Below, in pieces: positions 26,483 to 39,200 of a DNA stretch of 56,973 nucleotides. The stretch spans positions 1 to 56,973 of IMG/VR virus record IMGVR_UViG_3300010354_002996; one strand, written 5' to 3'. Position 1 is the stretch's first letter, and every line of letters begins with the position of its first letter. Below the pieces are notes generated by a model. It worked only from the letters and a program-made list of their open reading frames with translations, was not told the DNA's origin and ran no database searches. The position numbers and the translations under genes are program-made. The stretch is from a virus. Its lineage: Duplodnaviria > Caudoviricetes.

Positions 26483-28380
26483 TGGCAGAAAATAATCTAA
26501 ACGTCTCGGGCGTAAATTTCGACGAGATTAAAAATAATCTTAGAAACTTCATAGCCGCCAAACCTGAATTTGCGGATTACGATTTTGCTGATTCGGCGCT
26601 GAACACGCTTCTTGATCTACTTGCATACAACACATATTACAACGCATTTTATGCTAATATGGCAGTGAACGAATCGTTCATTGACACAGCACAATTTTAT
26701 GACAACGTTGCTTCACGTGCAAAAGCATTAGGCTATACTATCAATTCCGCACGTGGTGCAACTGCTAATGTTAAAATCATTTTTGCTGGTAGTACTGCTA
26801 ACGCAACATTCCGTTCTATTGTTGTTCCTAAGAATACTCGATTTAATACTCTTGTGAACGGAGTTTCTTATGGGTTTGTAACGCCTCAGACATATACTAT
26901 ACCAGCAAACACAACAAATGGTTTTGCTGCACATATTAATATCGTAGAAGGCACGCCTCTAACACATAATTACTACTTTGATCGTACAGCCAACACTGCA
27001 TTTGTTCTTCCTAATGTTGGCGTAGATACAACTAGTATTTCTGTTTCAGTCACCACAAGTGGCAACACACAAGTCTATCAGCGTGCAGATAATATTCTTA
27101 CAGTGAATTCAAGTTCTCAGGTATATTATGTTGATGCTGATCGCGATCAGAAATACAAAGTATATTTCGGTGATGGTATTCTAGGCAAATTACCTGCAAC
27201 TGGTAGTAATATTGCTATCGAATATAGGGTATGTAATGGATCTACAACAAATGGTGCAAACACATATGATATTGTAGATTCAACAATTAGCAATCAGGTG
27301 GGAATTGTTATTGTTCCTGTTGGTCGTGCTAATGGTGGTTCTGCTATCGAAAGTATAGAGTCTGTGCGATTCAATTCTGTTCGACATTATGCTACTCAAA
27401 ATCGTAGCGTAACTGCTGACGATTATGAGCGTCTTGTTCTTCGTGATAATCCAGACGTTTCTGCTCTTACTGTTTGGGGTGGCGAAGAAAATGATCCTCC
27501 AATTTACGGTAAAGTGTTCATGGCACTAAAACCTAAAGTTGGAAGGTTCTTTTCTGAAAATCGTAAAAGGAAAATCGTTGAACAAATCAAAAAATATAAT
27601 ATTCGTACAATCGACGTTGAAACCACCGACCCAACATATCTATACATTCTTCCTGAAATTACTGTAAGATATAATCCAAATGATACAACAAGAACTCCTG
27701 GAGAATTGGCTGCTGCTGTTGCAAATCGAGTTGTTTCATTTGAATCAGAATATCTTTCGACGTTCTCAAAATCATTTAGGTTTTCACGGTTCCTAGAATA
27801 TCTTGACTCCACCGATCGTGCGATATCTGGCACAAATGCTATTATTCGTTTGCGTAAAACGTTCTTCCCTAATTTGACTGGGGTGAACACTTACACAATT
27901 AACTTTGATAATGCTATTCAGCGACTTGGTTCTAAAGAACTCGTTTCTGGCGTCCCGCGCCATCCTGGATTTGGTTCTGTAACATCATCTACCTTTACTT
28001 ATGCTGGATACGGTTCTTATTTCGATGATTCTGGTTTCGGTACGATTCGAATTTACTATCCTTCAACAACAGGAAGATTGAATAGAGTCTATACCAATTA
28101 CACTGCAGGATCTATAGATTATGATACAGGAACAGTCACTATAAATAATTTTGTTCCTTCTGCTATTCCTGGAGGAAATGGTTCTGAGATATCAATTATC
28201 GCCGCTCCACTTTCACCAAACGTGACGCCCATAAGAAATCAGATTCTTTTGATGTCACAAAGTGAAGTAAATGTTGTTGATGATACTACAGGAAAAACAG
28301 TTGCTGTTTCTAGAAATGTTGATACATTTGGTCAAACTGCAACAATCATAACACCATCAGTAAGGTTGTATAACTTCTAA
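26482..28380 (+). CDS. gp6: Baseplate wedge subunit
   Basis: FDEIKNNL, FADYDF, LLDLLAYNTYY, FGDGILG, QNRSVTADDY, WGGEENDPPIYGKV. Confidence 0.95.
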   Translation: MAENNLNVSGVNFDEIKNNLRNFIAAKPEFADYDFADSALNTLLDLLAYNTYYNAFYANMAVNESFIDTAQFYDNVASRAKALGYTINSARGATANVKIIFAGSTANATFRSIVVPKNTRFNTLVNGVSYGFVTPQTYTIPANTTNGFAAHINIVEGTPLTHNYYFDRTANTAFVLPNVGVDTTSISVSVTTSGNTQVYQRADNILTVNSSSQVYYVDADRDQKYKVYFGDGILGKLPATGSNIAIEYRVCNGSTTNGANTYDIVDSTISNQVGIVIVPVGRANGGSAIESIESVRFNSVRHYATQNRSVTADDYERLVLRDNPDVSALTVWGGEENDPPIYGKVFMALKPKVGRFFSENRKRKIVEQIKKYNIRTIDVETTDPTYLYILPEITVRYNPNDTTRTPGELAAAVANRVVSFESEYLSTFSKSFRFSRFLEYLDSTDRAISGTNAIIRLRKTFFPNLTGVNTYTINFDNAIQRLGSKELVSGVPRHPGFGSVTSSTFTYAGYGSYFDDSGFGTIRIYYPSTTGRLNRVYTNYTAGSIDYDTGTVTINNFVPSAIPGGNGSEISIIAAPLSPNVTPIRNQILLMSQSEVNVVDDTTGKTVAVSRNVDTFGQTATIITPSVRLYNF

Positions 28381-30842
28381 TGGCTATAGTCGGCGGCACA
28401 GAACTACTCAGAAAGATCTCATCGCAGGTCGAATCTCAGTTTCCTTCCTTCATTCGCGAGGAAGGACCAAACTTTGTCGCCTTTCTTAAGGCATATTTTG
28501 AATATCTTGAGCAAACTGGTAATGCTACTGATGCTATCCGTTCGCTTGAAGACTTACAAGATATCGACAGAACTGTTGATAGTTTCGTAGAATATTTTCG
28601 TCGCGAGTTCTTACTTAATATTCCTGAATCTGCTCTTGCCGATAAGCGTCTGCTTACAAAACATATCATTCAATTTTATAAGAGTCGCGGTTCGGAAGAA
28701 TCATATAGATTCTTGTTCCGAATTCTTTTTGATAGAGAAATAGAACTATACTATCCTGGAGAAGATATTCTTCGCGCATCTGACGGCAGATGGGCCAAAG
28801 AAAGCAAACTTCGTGTCGGCGCACCATTTAATAAAAATCCTAGACTCTTCGAAGGCATTGAAGTGATGGGATTAGAATCTGGCGCAAAAGGATTGGTTCA
28901 GTTCGTTATCGGTACTCGTGCTTCTGGTCTTATGGTTTACGATATGACCGTCGAAAGCGTTCGGGGCGATTTTATTGACGGCGAACGTGTTATCGATGCT
29001 GAAGGAAACTATGTAACTGTTAGTAATCAAATTGGTCCGCTTTCTAATATCAAAGTTATCAATGGTGGCGCTTGGCATAACCAAGGTGATGAAATTTTGA
29101 TAAGTGGCGCAGGATCAGTAACTCCTGCAACAGCTGTTGTTACTAAAACAAATGCTACTAGCGCAATTCAAGTTCAGCTTGTTAATGGTGGATCAGGATA
29201 TACAAAAAACAATACCAGAATCTATATCGAAAATGAAACTACAGGTATTGGATTTGAAGCATTACCTGTTTCATTTTCATCAGAACCTACCGTTGTTTCA
29301 TTAGGAACAGATACTATTGGTCCTATGCGCAATGTTATTCTTAATACGGGACCAACATTTGTTAGCGCAGGAGCAAATACATCTAGCGTTAGTTCTGGTC
29401 TAGCTACTGCAAACGTATCTTCTACATTGCTATCAGCATTTAGTTTCAGTAATAGTTCGTTTTATGCTGTAAATGCTATTGCTCTTATTAATCCTGGATA
29501 TAATTTCACTTCACTACCAACAGTAAAAATTATAGACGATGAAGTTGGTCCGAAATTTGAAGCCGATGGTCATGGCGGCTATCTTGGTAGAAATGCTACA
29601 ATAAGCGTTTCTTGGGCACCTGGTTCTATTGAAGAAGTTGCTATTACGAATCCAGGCGTAGACTTTAACAAATATCTTTATGCTGACGCCTTTAATAACT
29701 CACAAGGTAATACTGTTCTGACTCTTCCATCGTCGGGATATTCTGCAAATGGATCTGCAAATACAAAATATCTATTGCGAAAGAAAACATATTCTGGTCA
29801 ATTTTTACCACAACCAAAAGGCGTCACGATATATCCTGGTCGGTATATTGATACTAAAGGATTCTTAAGCTGGAACAATAAACTTCAGGACAATTATTTT
29901 TATCAAGAATTTTCTTATGTTATTCGTGTCAGTGAGCAGTTGCAGAAATATCGCGAAGTTGTTACTAAATTAATACATCCTGCTGGCACTAAACTTTTTG
30001 GATATTATACAGTTCGTTCTAAGGCGAATGTTGCTCCTACTGTAGCTTCAAGTCGTATTAACATATTTAATCTTCCGCACACAGAATATATTACTGCTAT
30101 AGCAAACACAACAGTTGAAATTTCAACTTCACACAGCGAATCTGTAACTACATCAGATCTGTTTGGTGCTTCATTAACACTACCACTCAGTGACTCTTTG
30201 ACCAGTAATACTGTTGAAAGTGCTCAAGTCGATTTTAATGTTTCCGAACAAAACGCTACAATTACGCCAACAGAAACACAATCAACTCAAGTCGACTTTG
30301 TTTCTAGTGCCAGCGAATCGATTACTACAACGGCAACTGAAATCGGACAGGTTGATTTTAATGTTTCGGCTAGTGAATCTGCCACAACCAGTTCAACTCA
30401 GTCCGCACAAACAGTATTCCAGTCGTATGCTAATGACGCTATTCTTACTGTATCAACGGCTCAAATCGGCGAACGATTCGTTCTTATGTCTGGTTACTAT
30501 CAGGTTCAGTATGCTAACGATATTATCCAAACATACCAAACTGCACAGATTCAGCCATATGCTTATATTACTGTTGGTTCGTTTGATGGTAAAGCTAAAC
30601 TTGTTACTAACACAACGAGCGGATCGTTCTTCTCGAATGGTGCCATCAGAGCCAATACTGGTTCGATCAGTGTCGGCGGTCCTGGATCAAATCTGTTTAT
30701 TGTTCCTGTTGGCGATTCACTTGACCCAACGGCTATATATCAAGTCAACGCTATCTTCTCCAATACTGCCCTTACGCTGCGCACTGAATATCTACCAGTA
30801 ACATCAAATGCACAAATTTACTACAGTACGGGTCCAGGTTGA
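28380..30842 (+). CDS. gp7: Baseplate wedge initiator (gp7-like) with C-terminal extension
   Basis: FVAFLKAYFEYLE, FYKSRGSEESYRFLFRILF, LRASDGRW, LQDNYFYQEFSYVI, HPAGTKLFG. Confidence 0.8.
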   Translation: MAIVGGTELLRKISSQVESQFPSFIREEGPNFVAFLKAYFEYLEQTGNATDAIRSLEDLQDIDRTVDSFVEYFRREFLLNIPESALADKRLLTKHIIQFYKSRGSEESYRFLFRILFDREIELYYPGEDILRASDGRWAKESKLRVGAPFNKNPRLFEGIEVMGLESGAKGLVQFVIGTRASGLMVYDMTVESVRGDFIDGERVIDAEGNYVTVSNQIGPLSNIKVINGGAWHNQGDEILISGAGSVTPATAVVTKTNATSAIQVQLVNGGSGYTKNNTRIYIENETTGIGFEALPVSFSSEPTVVSLGTDTIGPMRNVILNTGPTFVSAGANTSSVSSGLATANVSSTLLSAFSFSNSSFYAVNAIALINPGYNFTSLPTVKIIDDEVGPKFEADGHGGYLGRNATISVSWAPGSIEEVAITNPGVDFNKYLYADAFNNSQGNTVLTLPSSGYSANGSANTKYLLRKKTYSGQFLPQPKGVTIYPGRYIDTKGFLSWNNKLQDNYFYQEFSYVIRVSEQLQKYREVVTKLIHPAGTKLFGYYTVRSKANVAPTVASSRINIFNLPHTEYITAIANTTVEISTSHSESVTTSDLFGASLTLPLSDSLTSNTVESAQVDFNVSEQNATITPTETQSTQVDFVSSASESITTTATEIGQVDFNVSASESATTSSTQSAQTVFQSYANDAILTVSTAQIGERFVLMSGYYQVQYANDIIQTYQTAQIQPYAYITVGSFDGKAKLVTNTTSGSFFSNGAIRANTGSISVGGPGSNLFIVPVGDSLDPTAIYQVNAIFSNTALTLRTEYLPVTSNAQIYYSTGPG

Positions 30843-30843
30843 T

Positions 30844-30851
30844 TATAAATA
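30844..30851 (+). promoter_or_regulatory. T4-type late promoter TATAAATA
   Basis: Exact match in the gap upstream of 30868. Confidence 0.7.
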
Positions 30852-30867
30852 ACATGAGGATTACATT

Positions 30868-31440
30868 ATGACAGTAGAAACTATTAAATCACAAGAAACA
30901 ACCGACGCAACGGTCATCAGAGGAGCCCAGAATATGGAATCGGTACACGCAAGTGGCACATATGAGGTTACATGCCACGATAGTTCAGGAAATCTTTTGT
31001 GGAAAGATGAGATCCAGAATCTAGTAACAACTGTTGGCAAGAACGATCTGCTCGATAAGTATCTTGCTGGATCTTCATATACTGCTGCTTGGTATGTTGG
31101 GTTGATCAGTTCGGTGTCATATTCGGCTGTTGCTGTTGGTGATACTGCATCATCGCATGCTGGGTGGAGAGAAGCTGGTCCGACAAACGCACCAAACTAT
31201 TCACAATCTACTCGCCCCGCTGCTGCTTTCGCTTCTGCTTCTGGCGGTTCGAAATCTACATCAAGCGCATCTTCTTTTACAATTTCTAGCACTGGTACTG
31301 TAAAAGGCGCGTTCTTGATTAGCGACTCAACTAAGGACGGAACTTCAGGCATTCTTTATTCTGCTGGTTTGTTTACTGGTGGCGATAAGAGTGTTGCTGC
31401 TGCCGACGTTATTAATATCACTTACACAGCTTCAGCGTAA
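30868..31440 (+). CDS. Virion structural protein (baseplate/fibre-associated)
   Basis: [25 protein letters not shown]; located in the baseplate cluster. Confidence 0.65.
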   Translation: MTVETIKSQETTDATVIRGAQNMESVHASGTYEVTCHDSSGNLLWKDEIQNLVTTVGKNDLLDKYLAGSSYTAAWYVGLISSVSYSAVAVGDTASSHAGWREAGPTNAPNYSQSTRPAAAFASASGGSKSTSSASSFTISSTGTVKGAFLISDSTKDGTSGILYSAGLFTGGDKSVAAADVINITYTASA

Positions 31441-31443
31441 TAA

Positions 31444-33243
31444 ATGCCCGCACTTATAACTAGACATTTCAGAATACATAATGCGATTCAGTTTTTTGAG
31501 TCGTTTACCGAAGCATCTCCAAACCGATATTATTTCTTTATCGGTAAAAGTTTCGAGTATGCTAATACTGTACAAATTACTGGTACAGTAAAGACCACTG
31601 CTGGATCAAATACTGTAATTGGTCAGGGAACTTATTTTACTACTGATTTGTCTATTGGTGATAGAGTTGCTATAACAGGACAATCGAATGTTCATTTTAT
31701 ACATTCGATTCCTACAGCACAAACATTTATTACAACAACAAGCAATTACAATACTATAACTTCTGGTGCTAATGCGTATGTAAGAAAACTGTTTAACGAG
31801 TTTAATCCTCCTAGTCCAACTGATTCGTATCAAAGCACATATTATGACATTTGGCGTAATATGATGTCAATGAAACGTGTTCAAGAATCTGATCGTACAC
31901 ATGTAATTAATCGTTATGATTGGGCTAATAATACATTCTATTATGCTTATGATGATCTAGATTCAAGTCTAGAAACAAAACCATTTTATGTTTACACCTC
32001 TGATCGAAACGTATATAAGTGCATTGATAATAATCTTGGCGCAAATTCAACACATATGCCAACAACAACAACTACAACTATCGAAGAAACTGCTGATGGT
32101 TATCGTTGGAAATATATGTACACTGTTTCTTCAGGAGAAGCACTTAAATTTGTAACGGCGGACTTTATTCCCGTTAAGACGTTAACAGCAAATGATGGTA
32201 GTTCACAGTGGGGCGTTCAAGTTTCTGCTGCTAATGGTGCTATTAATCACATTAAGGTTATTGCTAACGGGGCAAATTATCTATATGCATCAAACACATT
32301 TGTTTCTATTTCAAACTCTACTGTTTTAACTATTTCAGATGATGCCTCTGGTGTTGATGGTGTATATGTTGGTTCAAGCATTTATATTGATTCTGGATTA
32401 GGTTCAGGCCAGCTTCGCCGAATTATTAAGTATCATGGAGCAAATAATACTCTTGTTGTTAATGGAGCATTTACTACTTCGCCTAATACATCAAGCAGTT
32501 ATTATATTTCACCTTCAGTCAACATATATGGTGATAGTGGATTAACAACAACTTCTCGTGCAGTTGCATATGTTTCTAATACATATGCAGGTCAGGTTCG
32601 TGAAATAACAGTGATTGCTCCTGGACGGTCATATTCAACTGCTAATGTTACTATCAGTGCAAATTCAAGTCATGGTCGTGGTGCTACTGGTCGCCCAATC
32701 ATTTCACCAAAAGGCGGTCATGGTCACGATCCAGTAGATGAACTCTACGGCACATCTGTTATGATGAATATTAAGACAATCAATTCTGAATCAAACACTT
32801 TCGTTTCTAATAATGATTTCAGAATCATTGGTATTGTTCGAGATCCACTTCTTGCAAACGGAACCGCTGCCAATACTAGCGTAATTGATCAGACAACAAG
32901 AATAACAGTTAATAATGTTTTAGGCGATTTTATTGCAGATGAAGTTATTACTGGCGCAACAACTGGCGCAAAAGCAAGATTAGTTTATTTTGCTAATACA
33001 AATGCTGCTAGAACTGAAGGCGTATTGAAATTGATTCGTGTTACAACAAACGGATTAGGTCAAAGTTTTGCTGCTGGTGAAGTTGTTACTGGAGAAACGT
33101 CAACTATCACAGCATCTGTTGTTACTAATACTCCACCTGCTGTGAAACCATTCAGCGGTATTGTAATATATACTGAGAATAGGGAACCTATTCAGCGCAC
33201 ATCATTGCAAACAGAAGATTTTAAGATAACCGTAAGATATTAA
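31444..33243 (+). CDS. gp8: Baseplate wedge subunit
   Basis: FRIHNA, RYDW, VYKCIDNN, DGYRWKYMY, PKGGHGHDPVDEL, NDFRIIGIVRDP, ENREPIQR. Confidence 0.9.
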   Translation: MPALITRHFRIHNAIQFFESFTEASPNRYYFFIGKSFEYANTVQITGTVKTTAGSNTVIGQGTYFTTDLSIGDRVAITGQSNVHFIHSIPTAQTFITTTSNYNTITSGANAYVRKLFNEFNPPSPTDSYQSTYYDIWRNMMSMKRVQESDRTHVINRYDWANNTFYYAYDDLDSSLETKPFYVYTSDRNVYKCIDNNLGANSTHMPTTTTTTIEETADGYRWKYMYTVSSGEALKFVTADFIPVKTLTANDGSSQWGVQVSAANGAINHIKVIANGANYLYASNTFVSISNSTVLTISDDASGVDGVYVGSSIYIDSGLGSGQLRRIIKYHGANNTLVVNGAFTTSPNTSSSYYISPSVNIYGDSGLTTTSRAVAYVSNTYAGQVREITVIAPGRSYSTANVTISANSSHGRGATGRPIISPKGGHGHDPVDELYGTSVMMNIKTINSESNTFVSNNDFRIIGIVRDPLLANGTAANTSVIDQTTRITVNNVLGDFIADEVITGATTGAKARLVYFANTNAARTEGVLKLIRVTTNGLGQSFAAGEVVTGETSTITASVVTNTPPAVKPFSGIVIYTENREPIQRTSLQTEDFKITVRY

Positions 33244-33252
33244 GGCGGAAAA

Positions 33253-36200
33253 ATGGCTAACGAAGCAAATAATGTTACACTTAATACCAATTTTAATGTA
33301 GCACCATACTACGATGACTTCGATGAAACGAAGAATTTCCATCGTATTCTTTTCCGTCCTGGTCTTGCTGTTCAGGCGCGCGAACTTACGCAAATACAGT
33401 CTATTCTACAAAATCAAATCGATCGTTTTGCTTCACATATTTTTAAAGAAGGATCAACAGTTCAAGGGTTAGAAATGAACTATGATCCAGTATATAATTA
33501 TGTGAAACTAAGAAATAATAATTCGACTGGTAGTTCTGTTAACGTAGGTTCATTCTTAAACAAAACGATAAAGGGTGCAACATCTGGTGTTATCGGTCTT
33601 GTTGTTAACACAACGCAAGGATCGGAAGCCAACACGCCTAATTTCAAAACATTTTTCGTAAAGTATCTTTCTGCAAACACATCAACTGGTTATCGATATT
33701 TTGCAAATAATGAAATTTTGAATGATGTCGCAGGGAGCGGTCTTTCTTGTAACACTATTACTTCTAGTCAAGGTGGCGCAACAGGATTTGGCGCAGCAGC
33801 TGAATTTAATGGTGGTATTGTTTATGCCAAAGATCACTTTATTCGAGTTCCTGCACAAACAGTAATTATCAGCAAATACAACACACAAACCGCATCAGGT
33901 AGAGTCGGGTTTGACATAACTGAAGAAATCATAACAGAAATTAATGACACATCCCTACTTGATCCAGCTCAAGGATCATATAATTATGCTGCTCCAGGCG
34001 CAGCAAGATTAAAACTTTCTGTCGAGTTGATTAATGTTCCGCTGAATCAGACTGTATCAAATACGTTCGTTCAACTTTTGGTTGTAGAAAACGGAACTGT
34101 TCAGTCAATTTCAAATAGAACACAATATTCACAAATTCGTGATTATATGGCTCAACGAACATATGATGAGTCTGGTGATTATATTGTCAGTGGATTTGCA
34201 CCAATTATTACAGAACACCTTAAACAAGCTAACAATCAAGGAAAATACACTTCGGCAGAAGGCGGAAATTCTAGTCTTTTGTTTGTTTCTGTAGAACCTG
34301 GAAAGGCTTATGTTAAAGGATACGATGTTGAAAATATAATTTCATCAGGGTCTTCAATCGAAAAGGCACTAGATTATCGTTCTGTCGAAAGCGCAAAGGC
34401 TTTGGCTGATTATGGCAACTATGTTATTGTAGATAACGTTGCTGGCCAGTGGGATGTTAATCAGCAAGGGACCATTTCTCTTCGTGCGCAACAAGCCAAT
34501 TCTGTTTCAAATAAAACATACTCAACAATTTCTTTTCCATCATCACACATAGGTCGCGCGCGTGTGCGCGGTGTTCAACATTACTCTGGAACTCCAGGTC
34601 TTCCAAGCGCACAATACAAATTATATCTAACAGATATTGTAATGAATAGTGGATTTAGTTTTTCTAATACACAGTTTATTGGTTGGAACAGTTCTACTGG
34701 TGCAAATGGTCATGCTGATATTATTGTTTCAAATGGTAAAAACGCAAACACATTTGATTCTAGATTTAATCGTGCAGTATTTTCTCTTCCTGCTGGTCCT
34801 ATTAGAAAACTTCGTGATACTTCTGGTAACGTCAATAATGATTTTTCGTTTTATAAGTCGTTTGATGTAACTTTTAGTTCTACAAGTGGTCAGGCTACTA
34901 TTACAACAGGAGATAGTAGCGAAACTTTTGATGGAAGTGGTGTTCTTAGTGATGCAGCAACACGCACCGATTTTTATGTCGTTTCGCGTGCAGCCGCAAA
35001 TACAGGAACTTTTACAGAAACGCTTTCAACAACAAGCGGATCAAATACAGTTACAGCTAGTGCAACTATTGATGGTAAAGTAAATCCTGGTGATATCATC
35101 AATATTCATACTGGCGGCGGTAATTTCTTAGTCAGTGCAGTTAGCGGAACAACAATTAATCTGTTTGAAAACGCTACCGCATCTGGCGCTGGAAAAGCCT
35201 TTCACAAAAGATTTGTTTCGGGACAAATTCTTGATTTTGCTGGTGTAGGTAAAGACGGCAATCGTTCAATTACGATTTCTGGAACTCCTTCTACTACAGC
35301 TCTTCTCGACATGAACGAGCCATTAACATCAACAATGGCGGCTACAGCTATTGTTATTTTGAATAAGATCGATGGACAAGAAGCAACCAAAACTGTAAAT
35401 CGTAATCGTTTGGTACAAATTCATGTCGGTAGCAACAGAGGCGGTTCTGGTTATACTGCAAACACTACTGGTCCTTGGAACTTAGGTCTTTCTGATGGAT
35501 TCAAATTAAATTCTGTTCGTAAGAAAAGCAGTTCGGACTTCAGTTCAACAACTGACGGAACTGATGTAACAAGCAATTTTACTCTTGACACAGGCATGAA
35601 TGACGGTTACTACGATCATGCTAAGTTGGTAAAAAAATCAACAAGCAAATTATCTATAGCTTCTGGTGATAGATTACTTGTATCGTTCGACTACTTTACT
35701 CATTCAAATAGAGACCGAGGATATTTTTCATTTGATTCATACCCTGTTAATGATCAAACAGCAGGTAGTGATACAACAAAAATATACACATACGAAGTTC
35801 CTCTATTCACTTCACAAACAGACGGTTCAGTCTTTGACTTGCGCAACAGCATTGACTTTAGACCTAGAATCACAGATACAGCAAACAGCGTAACAACTGT
35901 TACGAATATAGCAACTAATCCTCTAACTTCGTTAACTGTAACTTCTGTTTCAGGAGGGTTACATTTCTCACCACCAAACGAAGATTTTACTACTGATCTA
36001 GATTATTACTTGAGAAGAAACGATGTGATAGGAGTCAAGAAAGACGGGCAAATAGACATTATTCGTGGTGTTCCAGACGCATTTCCTTCTACTCCACCAA
36101 CACCTCATGATGTAATGCCTATTGCTCAGATTTCACTTGCACCATATCCTTCATTGCCCAATGAAATTGGTCGCCGTGTTAATAGACCTGATCTTACGAA

Positions 36201-39200
36201 CAGAATTCGTAGAATCAAAAATAAACGATACACAATGAAAGATATTGGAAAAATTGCTGAACGTATCGATCGGTTAGAATATTATAGTGCTCTAAGTCTT
36301 ACTGAAAAGAATGCTAAAGATCTTTTGATTCAAGATGAAAATGGATTAGATCGTTTCAAAAACGGCATTTTGGTCGATTCATTTACAGGTCATAATATCG
36401 GCAACGTCTTTGATTTAGATTATAAGATTTCTGTTGATAGTAAGAGAAACGAGATGAGACCTCTTTTTTCTCTTGACAATACATCATTAAACTATACAGC
36501 AAATTCTACTAACGTTGTTCGAACAAACGTAACACCAGCTGGCGTTTCTCGTGATCAGACTATTTCTATTAGCAACTCACAGGTACTATTTTCAAACGGC
36601 GAAACACTAACCTCTGGCGCATTTTCTGCTAAACTGAGACACAAATCTGATAACAAACTTTACATTGAAGCTGCAACTGGTAATTTTGTAGTATCTGCTT
36701 CAGTGACTGGTTCTACCAGCGGACATACTGCAACTATTTCTGCTGTATCTGCTATTACTCCAGGTTCTCTTGTAACTTTACCTTACACGCATGATATTTT
36801 AGTTCAACAACCAGCTGCTACAACAACAAGAAATTGTGTTGGTACAGCATACAATTATAATGGTAATTTGTTTATCACGCCCGATAGTGATTATTGGTAT
36901 GATACTACACAAAGACCTGATGCAGAAATCAATATTGATTTAAATACTGATAATTGGTTGCATCTTGCTAATAGCTGGCAAACTCAGTGGCAAGGATGGG
37001 AAACTATATTTACTGGCGAACCTTCGCTTGTTTCTGAGACCACAACCGATGTCGGTGATAGATTTTTAGGTGACCGAGTAGGAGCGTTTTGGCAAGTTCT
37101 TCAAGGAACTCTTACCGAACAAATATTCACTACACCTACAATTGAAGCTAGATCAGGCGTCAGGGATATTGTAAATGTAACAACTGATACACAATCTATA
37201 GGCAATTTTGTTCGTGACGTTAGTATTCAGCCGTTTATGAGAAGCCAACAGATTTTTTGTAAAATGGTAGGTATGAAAGCGTCTTCACGGCTTTGGGCAT
37301 TTTTTGATGGTATAGATGTTAACGCTTATGTGCAACCTCTTACAGAATCTGAATATAATAATAGACTAAGATCTCAAAATAATGGCGGTATCGAATTTTG
37401 CGTTTTGCCAACTTCTCAATTTGGCGACCCAATATATTCAGATTCTGAAGGAAACGCTTATGTCTTGTTCAGATTACCAAATGATGAATCATTGAGGTTC
37501 AGGACTGGAACAAAACGCCTAAAATTTGTTGATAATCCAACTAACAGCACGACTTTCGGTCAATTTACTACTTCAGCAGAAACTGAATATACTGCTGAAG
37601 GATTGACTTCTGGTGTATCTGATATTTCGGTCTCAACTAGACGTCCAGTCATTGAAACAATTCCACAATATGAAGAGCGTGGAAATTCTTTTAACACGCA
37701 AAATTCAATCCCAGGACAACGTTTAGTTGGTTGGTGGAGACCACGAAGCAATGATCCTATTGCTCAGACGTTTTTGATTGCTGGTCTGTTAAAGGCACAA
37801 ATCGAAACTTCTGGAATGTATCTAACCAAAATTGATGTGTTCTTTTCGACAAAAGATTCAAAACTACCAATCACACTACAGCTTCAAGAAGTTGATCAGT
37901 TAACTGGGGCTCTTACATCAAGGGTTGTTCCATTTTCTCGAACAACATTAAATCCATCCGAAGTTCATGTTAGCGATGATGGATCAAAGCCTACTACATT
38001 CTATTTCCCTTCACCTGTATATCTACAGGAAGGTAAAGAATATGGTGCAGTATTAATTCCAGCAGCTGCTAATCCGAATTATAACGTATTCACTTCAGTG
38101 TTGGGCGAACTAGATATCCTAACAGGCGCAACTGTTTCTGAACAACCTGCTTGTGGTTTCTTGTTTACTTCAGCAAATCAACGCACTTGGGTTCCTGTAG
38201 AAAACGAAGATCTTAAGTTTACAGCTTACTATGCAAAGTTCGATACATCTGTAACTGGTAATCTTACTGTTAAAAAACCAGAAATGGAATTCTTAACAGT
38301 AGCCAATAATACTGGAGGATTCTTAAAGGTTGGCGAACCAGTAACTGGTGAAACTACTCTTATTGGCACGTTTGCTCCAGGTAGCGGTCTTACTGGAAAC
38401 GTTGCTTCAAGCAATTCGTTTGTTCAAGGTATGGTTTCAGGAGCAACAGGTATTATCACTTCAATCACTTCAAATAAAGTGACTGTAAGGGGAGTATCTA
38501 CGACAGCTAAATTTAAGGGTAAAGAAGCTGTTCGATTCCGTTTAGGTGCGAATGCAACTCATTCACCGATTGCAGGCAATTCGACTGGCGTAATCACTTC
38601 AGCAACATATCCTATTGGTCGAGTTTATATGTTTGATACTGTAAACTTTGCTAACAATAGACTTTATGTATCAAACTCATCACACGTTAACAGTGGTTCT
38701 CTTTGGGCTAATGGAAGGTTGTTTAGCGTTAATTCTTGGGTTCGTGGACAAATTGATGGAAATCAGGCAAAAGTTGTTACAATTAATAATCTAGTTGCTG
38801 ATGATATCAATTTGCAAACTAATATGATATTGCCTTCAAATACTGCTGTTACAGCATCCATGAAAATGGCAACAAGCACATCAGCTCGTGACTCATCATA
38901 CGTTCGCGTAAATATCAATAATAATACTGAACTTGGAAACCCAAGATATATCATTAGTCGTGCAAACGAAGCTAACACTTCAGCCACTAGTGCGACAATG
39001 GGAACAAATAAATCTGTTGAATTTAAGTATGATATTGTTTCTAGGAATTTAGTCGCCTCTCCAGCAATCGATCTTGAAAGACTTTCATTTGTTTCTATGC
39101 ACAATCTTATCAGTTCTAATACTGATATAGGCAGTTCTGAAGATTATGTGTCGTTTGGTGGAAACTCGTTGTCCAGATATATAACTAGAACTGTTACGTT

